This document shows positions 40,321 to 51,718 of a stretch of 64,000 nt of DNA, in pieces (positions within the stretch are counted from its first letter, which is position 1; the number at the start of each line of letters is the position of its first letter). This DNA comes from Chiloscyllium plagiosum (lineage: Eukaryota): positions 44,242,949 through 44,306,948 of the forward strand of contig NC_057718.1 of assembly GCF_004010195.1 (NCBI RefSeq), read 5' to 3'. The translations under genes were made by a program, and so were the position numbers. The notes under the pieces are model-generated. The model saw only the letters and a program-made list of their open reading frames with translations, was not told the DNA's origin and did no database searches.

Positions 40321-40896
40321 ACTGGCATCTCTGTTGTGCCAGCAGTGCCACGATGAACAATGGCCATTTCTAAAAATACAAGCAGGTACTGGATTCTGAA
40401 TCCAAGGCACAATATGGATGATATTCCAGCTATCCAAGGAGGGTGACCTGCCAGGGAGAGTGACCTGCCAAACAACCCAAAACCTCAATCATCCCTGAAC
40501 TCCTCCAGTCCCACAATTGAGGCTGGGTGATAAGCAACCCTTCGATAGCCAATAATTGTCTCTCAAGCCAAGCCTTGCAGAATCCTCAAATTTCTGGACA
40601 GGACTGGACAGCAGGAAACCCATCTGAGGAACTTATGGGACATCGTACCTCCAAACCAGCCAGCAGGGGGCTATAAAATTTTGTCCCTGCTTTTCATGCT
40701 TCACAGCTGCTTATTGATTCAGTCCCTTGTGCCTTCAAGAGAATGGCAAGTTGTTTCTAGTAAGAAAATTTCTTGGGTTCCTCTGTGTGTGAAACATCCC
40801 TGTAATTAGAAATTCCAACCTCTATGAAATGCAATGCTTTCCAAATGAAGACTCCTAGCTGGTCATAAAGGTATGATAACAAACCCATTCCAAGAA

Positions 40897-41933
40897 TTGG
40901 AGATGCTGGTGTTGGACTGGGGTGTACAAAGTTAAAAATCACACAACACCAGGTTATAGTCCAACAGGTTTAATTGGAAGCACACTAGCTTTCGGAGCGA
41001 CGCTCCTTCATCAGGTGATAGTGCAGGGCTTGATCATAACACAGAATTTATAGCAAAAATTTGCAGTGTGATGTAACTGAAATTATACATTGAAAAATTG
41101 ATTGTCTGTTAAGCCTTTCATCTGTTAGAATACAGTGATAGTTTCACTTCTTTCATGTGTAAATCACAAAATCTTTTTTTTAAAGTTGCATTCTCGGGTT
41201 AGCTGTTAACAATGTTAATAGCTAGACAATATGTTGAAGGTGTTAGCCCCCTGTGTTCTCTGTCTATGACCTGATGTTTAGATTGATTCTAATCTAAAAA
41301 GTGAGATAACAGAGTTTTACATAAATTCATGCAGTTTTGAGCTCAGAGTGCTACATTAATGTATGTAGTTTTTGAGCAAAGTGCAATGTAACTCTGCAAG
41401 TACAAATTCACCCCACAAAATATATGTGTGCATGTGGGTCTTTGTCTTCCTCTGTTGCCTGTCCCGAAGTCCACCTTGGAGGATGGTCACCCGAAGGTCT
41501 GAGGCTGAATGTCCTGGACCACTGAAGTGTTTCCCAACTGGGAGGGAACCCTCCTGTCTGTTGATTGTTGTGTGGTGCCCATTCATCCATTGTCGTAGCC
41601 TTTGCTCGGTTTCCCCAATGTACCATGCCTCCGGGCATCCTTGCCTGCAACGTATAAGATAGACAACGTTGGCTGAGTCACATGAGTACCTGCCATGTAC
41701 AAGGTTCCCACGCGTAATAGTGGTATCAATGTCCACAATCTGACACGTCTTGCAGCGTCCACCGTGACAGGGTTGTATGGAGTTGTCCTGAGAGCCGAGC
41801 AGTTTGCTACGAACAACGATCTATTTGAGGTTTGGCGGTTGTTTAAAGGCAAGTAGTGGAGGTGTGGGGAAGGTCTTGGTGAGGTGCTCATCCTCATTGA
41901 TAATGTGTTGCAGGTCACGAAGAACATGGCATA
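40897..41933 (-). mobile_element. Penelope-like element (GIY-YIG, long pLTR) with 10-bp TSD
   Basis: ORF 41356..41736 YSCDSANVVYLIRCRQGCPEAWYIGETEQRLRQWMNGHH. TSD ATTCCAAGAA at 40887-40896 and 41934-41943. Confidence 0.92.
40986..41014 (-). ncRNA. Minimal hammerhead ribozyme core
   Basis: Minus strand CTGATGA-AGGAGC-GTC-GCTCC-GAAAG-CTA. Confidence 0.75.
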
Positions 41934-44900
41934 ATTCCAAGAAGGTTTGCTTCATTTGCTTATTTCTACTTTTTATAAGCTTGCAGCTTTAAAAATTAAG
42001 CAAACATCCCCTCCATCACATTACAAGCTGAAATTGAAGGTGAATGTCATAACACCAGATTATGGAGATGATTACACCATAAAATCAAAAAATTCCCAAA
42101 ATAAACTGCAAAATTATTTTTTATATGATTTGCATTTATGTGAAATTGTGATAATAATACTAAGATATGGTTTTGCTAAGATATTGTTTGCTGGTTTGAA
42201 TGTCACTGACTTATAACAGCAAATGTGTTTTTCTTGTAAGGTAACAGCAGCCAAGCTCACATTTTTGGATTAAAGTCATTCACCATTTATAATTTTCAAA
42301 AATAATGTTAATAAAGTAGCAAATCCATGGACGTCTATACTTAACCAAGAAGCATCATCTAGTAGACTCAGTATGCACATAGAGCAAATGACTATGCACT
42401 GTTACTGATGTGGTCAGAATCCACTGATCCAAACAGAGTAATCAAGATAAGACAACTTAAAACACAGCTAGCAGATTCCTCTTGAGATTTGGATGTTCAC
42501 ATGCATTTTTTTGATCTTGCAGACAATTATTAAAACAATGCATTTTTCAATTTTATTTTAACTTCAAGCAACACCATGGAAATGAATGTTGGTAAAAAAT
42601 ATGCAGTTAAATTAAAATAGCTGACATGCTGTTTGGGGACTGAAATTAGCAATTAAAACACTTTTCTTAATGGAGTTAAATTGTGAAAGCATCTCAGGAA
42701 AAAGTACCTTAGAGTTGGAGGGGGGAGTAGCAAGAACATTTACTAACAATTAATTTAAAGCAAATATATAAACCATACAATATAGCAAAATTGGCAGTGC
42801 ACTACTGACATCCCCATATGTTTGCATATTTGCATATCTGAATGTGAACATTTTTCAGTAAAAAGTAACTGCTCCAACATTTTGAGACTCAGTGATTTAA
42901 TGCTTGCTGAACTTCACCATGAATTTAACAAAAATGTAAAGTTCTAAAATCATTATACCAAGTCAATTAGCATCTGTAAAGAAAAAGAACAGGCTTTTCA
43001 GAACAGATTTTCCCCTTGAATTTGATAATTTAAATAATCAGTTCAGCAGAAAGTAAGGAAAAAATCAGACAGGGAAGATTACTTGTTTGATATGGAACAT
43101 AGCTGATTGTTCCTTTCATCCATTTATGTGCATAAAAAGTTGGGCGGGCTGTTTTGGGGGCCATTGATACTCTCCACTCAATGCTATCTCTTTGCCAAAG
43201 ATTATTTAGACATAGGTGAAGAAGTAGAAGAAAAGCTACTCCTTGACATACAACCACATTGAATAGATCAGGCCTGTCAGGGAGTTGAGAATACTTTTCT
43301 GGCAGTTTTATCTGAAAGATAAAATGTAGTGAGATAAAATTACCCATGTATTTTTGCAGGAAAGAGTAATTTTAACAACGAACTAGGAAATATAGACTAG
43401 ATTAGTAATCTAGAATTACACAGCCAAAGGTTCGATGACTGAAAATGAAGAGTACAAATTCTGGGCCAGGTCAGATTCAGTATGGATGAGGGACACACAG
43501 GGCTTGCCTATCACCCACTCTCCTTCCTATGTGTTGGAATTTACATACCTATCTGGAATTAATTATCTTTCCTTAAAAGAAAACTTTAAGAAAATAAAAT
43601 ACTTTTAATATGGTGTCTCTTTGGCTATTTTTGGTCTCTTAGACAAAATTACTCTCTCTCCCCTCCTTTACATGTCCTTACAGAAATAAGCTGCCAAATC
43701 CAAGTGCTGAAATAGCCTTATCCCTGCAAATTGGAACTGGTTCTACATTCTCTCTTTGAATGATATTGATTTCCATTATTTCACCTTTCTCCAGAGAAGT
43801 GAGACTCCTGAAATTTTGGAGTTAACTACTATTTGTGCTGTATAATGAAAAGTCTAAACATAAGTTCTAAAAAGGTATTCAAAGAAAATAGCTAGGATGT
43901 TTTTAAAAAAAAAGTTTGCCATTCATGTTTTCATTTTCTGTTGGGTTACCATAATTCTGGCAGAAGGTTCATGGAAATTGGTTTAAATGATGTTCATGCT
44001 ATGCTTTCAGGAATTCTGTAGATTTACCATGAAGGTTACCACAGGTACTTGGTAGAACCTTCATAAAAATTCAACCTTGGAATCTCCAATTCATAAAGGA
44101 AAACCCTTTTATAATTTGTTCAAATGTACTGACATTCAGTTTATACTGAATGCTTAATTAACTTACTGTTGTAATATATTGAAAATCGGCCATTGTCCTG
44201 ACCACAAGGTGGAAAGAAAAATAGATTTCATAGTTCTATATGCAATTGTTCCCCAGAGATAAAGTACTTTGGATACTAATTTCATCTCCCTTGAAGCACT
44301 GGACGATTAAATGTGTGATGGCTATACAGGCCAGCACATTTCTCTACCAGAAAAGTTTGAGATCATTCTTTTCTTTTGATGCTCTTAAAAACAGAACAAC
44401 CGTGCAATGCTCTTGTTTGGAATGAATGATGGCACGTATGGATATCTAAGTGCTGACTGGGCACCTGAGGCCTCGAGTAGACTCTCGTTGGTATCAAAGC
44501 ATCGAGATTCTCAACAATATTCTCAACAATCAGATCCAGATCTTTCAAATAAGGCAGCAAAAGTTCACAATGCAGCTCACAGATTTCGTAGAAGCTCCCA
44601 AAAGCACCAAATAATATTGAATGCAATCAACAAACCATGCATTAAAAAAATCATTTAAAAAGCACAGCAAGAAAATTAATGGTAAGTAAATCCGAATTTA
44701 TTAATCTTTTCACTTAATGCAAAAAAGTCTGTCTATTCTATATGGCACAAAAACTATAAAGATAGAAACAATGAAAACAATAACTGTCAAAACTATTTAG
44801 AAAATAAAATAAAAGGTATAAATAAACTGATGTGTAAAAATAATAACCATCAGAACAATGAAGATCATAAAAATGATGAGAACCATGAAAATATTTGAAC

Positions 44901-45014
44901 TCAGATTCCCTCTGGTTCTTAATTAGCTACATGTCTCCCATTATTTGACTCTAACCATGCTGGACCTTGCCTCGACTATTGACTTTGGACAGCAATTGGT
45001 GATGGTATTGTTAG

Positions 45015-45120
45015 GGCCCTTGGGGTACAGTGGTAGTGTTCTTACCTCTGAGCCGGGATACATAGATTTAAATCCCAACTGCCCTAAAGATGCGTAATAA
45101 CAGGTTCATTAGAAAATATC
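45015..45120 (+). mobile_element. Short tRNA-derived SINE (old); related copies at ~49050-49150(-) and ~17960-18063(-)
   Basis: GGTACAGTGGTAGTGTTCTTACCTCTGAGCC...GATTTAAATCCCA gives degenerate A and B boxes. Confidence 0.6.
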
Positions 45121-46220
45121 GGTGATGGTGTTGTTGAGTTCAGACTTGCGTTACTCGCACTCCTTTTTTATGATATTGTTGAATTAATCATGCAAAGCTA
45201 ACAAGTATATACGTCAACTCACCTTCTTGAGTGCTTCCTGTTCCACATCAACCTCTTGCTCCTTCACTGCCGAGAGAGTAGACAGTTCGAGGGGAAGAGA
45301 TCTGGGCAGGGGAGTGAAAGAGTTCAGGAGAACTGATTGGAGGCAGTCAGAGATATGTGGGAAAATCCCAGGGATTGAAAGATCAGAGAGAATCTGACAG
45401 TCAGTGAGGAAGATTTCAGAAAGAAAAGCTCTAAAATGAAGCAAAGTAGATACTGGAGATCTGAAAGAATAATACAGAAATTGCTAGAGAAACTCAGCAG
45501 ACCTCTGTGGAGAGAGGAACAAAGCTACTATGTTGAATCCAATGTGACTTTTCTTCTGAAGAAGAATTTGTATACTGTATTGAAAGTTAAGAGTCGAAAA
45601 GATCTTAAAACCTCTTAATAGAAACTTACCAGATTCCTTTCTCAGTTGTAGAGCAAGAACTGATTCCAATCAGCAATAATGAATATAATTCTGTCTCTAA
45701 CTGCCTACTTGCCACATAGTCCTTTTCCTGCCTGCTCTTTTCAGTGCTGTTGATTGCTCATCTAGTGCCCACCTTGTCTGTTCCTCTAGGTGACTCTAAC
45801 TGCCTTTTGCAGCATTCTCTAATGCAAACTACATCAAATTAGATCATGTGATAGGTAAATCTTTGCTTTTAAAATTAAATGAAAACTGTTAAATATTGTC
45901 AAATTTTCTCAAAAAACAATTCTGGTAGGCTTCTTTTCCTGCTGGTCACTTCCAGTGAAGGCCACATAATGCTCAATAGTAGAAAGGGTGGCTGGCATCT
46001 CCAGCCAGGCCTAAGCTAATGTCACACAGCCTCTTCCCAGCTGATTAAATGCCTATTCCCCTTAGTTAACCAAGCAGGATCAGGCAACAGATCTGGACAC
46101 CGTTCACTTGAGCTAAGTCGTACTACACCAAGAACTTATTCTGAGCCAATGCTATTTAGAAGCTACTAAATAAGTTGCAGGTATAGTGCTTCTACCATTG
46201 CGCTATCTTGGACTGAATTT

Positions 46221-46437
46221 TATCTGGTTGATCATTCCATTAGCATATGTCTCAAAGATTAAGCTATGTGTGTCCAAGTACACTTGGCCAGTACAGTAAA
46301 ACTGCAAATAGTTCATTAAATCAGATATGATTCCTTTGATCACTTTAAACATTACTTGGATAACTCTGGTAATTCTGGCGTTAATACATGCAAATGAGCA
46401 CTGATCCACACGGGGATTTATCAGACCAAAACCAATC
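46221..46437 (+). pseudogene. 18S rRNA pseudogene (5'-terminal ~220 nt)
   Basis: TATCTGGTTGATCATTCCATTAGCATATGTCTCAAAGATTAAGCTATG...AAAACTGCAAATAGTTCATTAAATCAG...TACTTGGATAACTCTGGTAATTCT...TAATACATGC...ATTTATCAGACCAAAACCAATC matches the eukaryotic SSU rRNA 5' end, with many substitutions and small deletions. Confidence 0.95.
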
Positions 46438-48052
46438 ATGTGACTGTGTTTGAGGAAGCACTATGCTGAGAATTTGGTAGTTGGTAGTTACAGTTGGTGG
46501 GTTACTTGAATACCTTCCCCAGGTTTTGGGGTAGATGTCACAATACCTCTTAGTTAGCAACCTGACCAGGTCATGGAGCAGCAGATGCAAGGAGGGGAAA
46601 AGGAGAACAGTTGAGGGGGACACCCTCCCCACCAAGAGAGCAAGTATCTTACCGTCACTTGTCCAAGGAACAACTCATAGGCACCAGAGATTCAAAAGGT
46701 TGTACAGATTCTCTGCTACCATCCCTGTTCTGTAAGGTATAAATAAGGTTAGCTCAGTAAAGGCTTCCTGCTGCTGAGCATGTGATGTCATGCTTATGTA
46801 ATGCGCAACAGAAAATTGAAGATGAGATTGGGTTAGAATTTTCGTTTACAATTCATTTGAGAAATTAAGGATTGACAAACATTGTGAGACATTTTTAAAA
46901 CTCCTAAAGTTGATTTTGAGGTAGTATGAGTAATTTAAAGATTTGGTGCAGGTGCGCTTTAAATCCAGTACACAGTGAATCAGTACACAATGTCGTTGGA
47001 CCAATGACATAGAATGCATGTTTGAGGGCAATCAGATAAATCAACTCCAACAAAGAGAACAAGCATAATTAAATGCCAGTGTTCATATTTCACTGAATCA
47101 CAAACATGTTACAGTGCAGAAAGAGGCCATTCGGCACAATGTCTGTACTGAGTGCCAAACCCTTGCAGTTTTCCCATGTCTTTACTTGTTCTGGAATGCC
47201 TCAGTTGGTCATTTGGCTGGAAATGTATCAAATATACGATGAAGATAAAGTAGTGTTATTGAGTGGCAGAGCAGACTTGGTGGAGTGGGAAACTGAGGTT
47301 GCTGAATCACTCGCATCTGCTCCTCATTTCTAGATTTTTATGGATATAATTTGTAGCTTGTTTCTCTGTTCACTGATGATTCATTTAATTATGCATTTAG
47401 GAATATTAATGCCAATTTAGTTATGATATTCAATCACTTTGATTCAGAATAGCATTATTTTTATAAATACAAGCCAAGAAAGAGCTGTTGGCATTTTTAA
47501 TAGGTGATTGCTTTCATTTAGCATTCCTCTGTCAACAGCTTAACAAGGCATTATCCAATCAGTCTGTCAGTTGGTTAGCTTGGTTGGCTAGGTGACCAGA
47601 GTGCGATGCAGAATAAAGCAAACCATGTCCATTTAATATGATAGTTCATGAAGGTCTACCTCTTCACCTTACCCCATGCCTGCGGAGTGGTTCTCCTCAA
47701 GCCATACGTAACCAATTGTCTCTCCCTGGCGCAGAGAGATGACAATATCTGTAAACATGCACTTGTGTTTAAGTGAACAAAAGCCTCTGCACGCTGAAGA
47801 AACATATATGCACATATTATCCAGTTAAACAGTGATATGATCTAGGCTGTGGTCAGTTATAAAATTATCTGCAGAGAGAGCCGAGTTAAACTTCAATCAT
47901 AGTTAAATAAATTGTGATTGGAGCATAATCTTTATGTAAATATTCACAGTGTACATATTGGTTTGCATAATTTTGTGCATGAAGTTTTAACCCACCTTCT
48001 TTCCTAGCAGAGGTGGTTGGGGGATTAAATACTTAAAATTGAGAATCCTAAC

Positions 48053-48982
48053 CAAGATTAGAATGGTGCTGGAAAAGCACAGCAGGTCAGGCAGCATCCA
48101 AGGAGCAGAAAAATCGACGTTTCGGGCAAAAGCCCTTCATCAGGAACGAGGCAGGGAGCCTCCGAGGTGAGGCTAGGGAGAAGGTAGCTAAGAGTGCAAT
48201 AAGTGGACGGAGTGGGGATGAAGGTGATAGATCGGAGAGGAGGATGGAGCAGATAGATGGGAAAGAAGATTGGCAAGTAGGACAGATCACGAGCTGGCAG
48301 GTTGGAACTGGGGTAAGGTGGGAGAAGGAAAAATGAGGAAACTGGTGAAATCCACATTGATGCCCTGGGGTTGAAGTGTTCTGAGGCGGAAGATGAGGCG
48401 TTCTTCCTCCAGGCGTCGGTTGGTGAGGGAGTGGCAGTGAAGGAGGCCCAGGACATGCATGTCAAGCACTGAGGAAGCAGATGTGGCTATGGTAGTGAGT
48501 CTGTTTCAGGACATGGTTGAAGAGCTTCAGGGCAGAGGAGATGACCTGAGAGTTGCAGTGAGAGAGAGACTCACTGAGATCTTTATAGAGAGAGGAGGAG
48601 AAGAATCTCTTCAGCGTAGGCATCCTTGCAAGAGGATTCGCAGTAAGGTTAAAATCAACTCGGCAGAAGTGAGGACTGCAGATGCTGGAGAGATCAGAGT
48701 CTGGATTAGAGTGGTGCTGGAAATCCACAGCAGGTCAGGCAGCATCTGAGCAACAGGAAATTCGATGTTTCGGACAAAAGCCCTAAGCTACCTTCTCCCC
48801 AGCCCCATCCCCTTTCCATTTGTCGCTCCACCCCAGAGGCTTCCTGCCACATTCCTGATGAAGGGCTTTTGCCTGAAACATCGATTTTCCTGCTCCGCGG
48901 ATATTGCCTGACCTGCTGTGTTTTTCCAGTACTACTCTAATCTTGACTCTGATCTCCAGCATCTGCAGTCCTCACTTCCACC
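48053..48982 (-). mobile_element. Internally deleted Penelope-like element with tandem and inverted pLTRs and 13-bp TSD
   Basis: On the minus strand: inverted pLTR (~48785-48982), pLTR (~48666-48785), putative ORF N-terminus (KLFNHVLKQTHYHSHICFLSA) joined directly to the EN end (RRLEEERLIFRLRTLQPQGINVDF), then a pLTR with CTGATGAAGGGCTTTTGCCCGAAACGTC. TSD TGAGAA(T/A)CCTAAC at 48040-48052 and 48983-48995. Confidence 0.88.
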
Positions 48983-50499
48983 TGAGAAACCTAACACCAA
49001 CCCACAAAAAAAACTTGTTTTTTTTTGGTTGAACCTTTTTTTTTAATCTACATGTTCAGAAATGTTATTACACACCTATGGAGTAGGTGGCACTTGACTC
49101 CAGGCTGCCCAGTCGAGAGGTAGAGATTTTACCACTGCACCACAAGAGGGCACCTCCATCATTACTTCACTGGGACAACAGCCTCGGGCTTTATGCCAAA
49201 ATATCTGGAGTAGTCCTTGAACCCACAGCCTTGCTGACTAAGAGGCAAGAATACTACTAATGGAGCCACAGCTCAGTCAAGCAACAATCTTCCTTCTGGC
49301 TTAAATGGAGCAGGCAAACAATCTGCTCTTGAAAGATTTGGTATTTAGAATGTGTTAATGAGGCTATATTCTGCAGATTTTAGCAAGTGTGTGGATTTAA
49401 AGTCTCTGGGCCTAATTTTCTGGTGTTTGAAACAGTACAATGATAAAGAGAGGTGAGAGTTACATTGCACTTATTACAAAAAGACTGCTCACTGATGTTC
49501 AATTTGGGTTCTGGTAGGCCTACACTGTCCCAAATTTCAAAATAGCCTTGGTCCAAACATGAGCAAAGTAGCCAAGGTAAAGTGAGTATATCAACCTTGT
49601 TGCTAAGGTAGCAACTGAGTTGGTAACAAGTAGAATTAAGGTCTGTTGAAATTAAGAAAAAAGTCGCTACCGGCAGGCATAATTAGTTGTTCCAGTTCAA
49701 TCATGTCAGCACCTTCAGACACTGCTAAATTCCTCAGGGCCATGTCTTAGATTCAACCATCAACAGCTGTTTTATTAATGAAATCATAACATCCAAGGTG
49801 TTCTGTTCTGTGTGCAACTTCTCAGGTAATGTAGCAACTTTCAAGACTGAGCTGATATGTGGTAAGTAAAATTTGTGGCGCCACATCCTTGCAATTGGCT
49901 AAATGCTCCCACCTTTAACTGGGTCCTTGCACAATCAGAAAGCAGTCTCTTCACCCCCAAATCATTGTGATGTTTCACTGCCTTGCAACCTGGTATTTAG
50001 CCTCAAGTGATCGTCAGATCCCACTACAAATGGGTCTCCCATGTAATCAGCCAACTTCTCCTTGACAATCTCTTCCTCTTGGGTCCTACCTGCAGACTGG
50101 CAGGAAATGAAAAACATGTTAAAATGATATTTTGTTGTTCAATTCAGCACATCTTTCACCTTTCTACTACTTCTAGGTTTCTAGGCCGGTAATGCCTCCA
50201 CTACCACCACCTTCCTGTAAATATCAAGCTCTTAAAGCTTAAGTAAACTATTGGTCAATAATGAAGTTAACATTGTAGTTGAAAGTGTATGACCACTGGA
50301 TAAGCATCATGGGAAATGGCCAGCAAACAGACTTGGATTTTTTTTTAAGTAGCCCTTGAGTCAATATTTTCCCATGTTGTGAACCATGTGAGCACCAGTT
50401 TCTGTTGGGAACACCAAGTTGGTCCAATAGTGTTAAATGTGATTCATTTTGACAAATCTGTGTTACGATTTCAAAATTCATATTCATGTGTTCCAATCT

Positions 50500-50862
50500 T
50501 CCATGATGCCACCCCTCACTATTTCTGCTATTTCCTCCAGCCCATAAACGTCTGAGATTTCCACACTACTCACTAATTCTGGCCTTTTGAACATCCGCAA
50601 TTTCAATCATTCAACCATTGTTGCCTTACCGCAATCTGTCAATGCCCTAAATTCTGAAAATTCTGCCTTTAACCTCTTTGAATTTCTACCATGAAATTCT
50701 TCTTTATGTTACTCTTTAAAACTTGCCTATTTCATCAAGCTTCAAGTCATGTTCTCCAATATCTTCTTAAGTTGCTCAGTGTCAAATTTTGTTGGATCAA
50801 GTCCTTGTGAAAATTTTTCAGACAATTTATCACAATAAATATGCTGTATAAATGTATGTTCT
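50500..50862 (+). mobile_element. Old L2/CR1-group LINE 3' end
   Basis: CTCCAGCCC...CTAATTCTGGCCTTTTG...GCCCTAAATTCTG...CTTTAAAACTTGCCTATTT...GCTGTATAAATGTATG resembles L2-clade termini. Confidence 0.5.
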
Positions 50863-51718
50863 TATCATTGCTGTGATAGCTACAATTAAGTATATCTCAA
50901 ATTTGATAGAATCTAAAATATTTCAGGTGGACTGAAAGGAATTAGTTTTATTTTTCAAACAACATTTTACAATCTTTGATAAGCAGACATTATTGGACAC
51001 ACCCAGCATGGCAGGTCATGGGAAGATCAGATGAGTTACTATTTTATCAAATCTCTTTTGATAATCCAGAATGTTAACACATTCATTATTCCACAGTTGC
51101 TGTCTTAGTTGCTGAGTCCCTCCACAGTTTCTGAATTTGTTTCAGATTTCCACAATTTGCAACCTGTTTTTTTTCAACTACATGTTTTCCCATTCATCAA
51201 TTATTCAACTTGTATGGCATTAATGATTTTTAAAAGCACGAGTATATGATTTTGGAAGAAGACACAGGGAAATTGGTTTGCAGAAGTAATGCAGGACTAT
51301 TAATTAAGAATTGATAAGTTGTTATTAGAAAAGGAAATTGGGTGATGGGTTAAACAGACTACCCATTTGTATTTGTACCGTTGCTAAGGGTCAGTTTGAC
51401 CCTCTTCTTCCTGAGGGTTGAGTAATAGTAAACGTTTGCTGGGATCTCACACAGACACCCTTTTAGAATCCTATTCCTAGCTGCCAGTCAAACTCAATTC
51501 TTATTGATGGTTCAACCACATCAGTTTTTAACAAGTTATGAGATTGAAATTTTGTATTGCCTTTTTCCTTGTTAAAGAGTCGGAGTGGAAAGTAATAATG
51601 TTAATACCAAGAAAAGCAGTAAAATCTGTATCCCATAAGATTTGTTTTTGTTTTGTTCTACACAGAAACAAGATTCTAAGTTTGTAACTAATATTGCCAC
51701 AATTAATTTGTTTCACAG

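Noticed and set aside
43960..44095. Possible remnant of the missing USH2A exon (ttcag acceptor; GGTAGAACCTTC and ATTCAACCTTGGAATCTCC resemble remembered exon sequence)
   Set aside because: It would need large deletions, gives no convincing translation, and is better explained as a small palindrome (ATGAAGGTT-ACCA...TGGTAGAACCTTCAT).
44407..44658. 83-aa ORF and the many other 60-130-aa ORFs in the track
   Set aside because: No recognisable domains or splice context; consistent with chance ORFs or alternate frames of repeats.
46221..46437. Functional rRNA gene
   Set aside because: Only ~220 nt, with substitutions and deletions in universally conserved positions.
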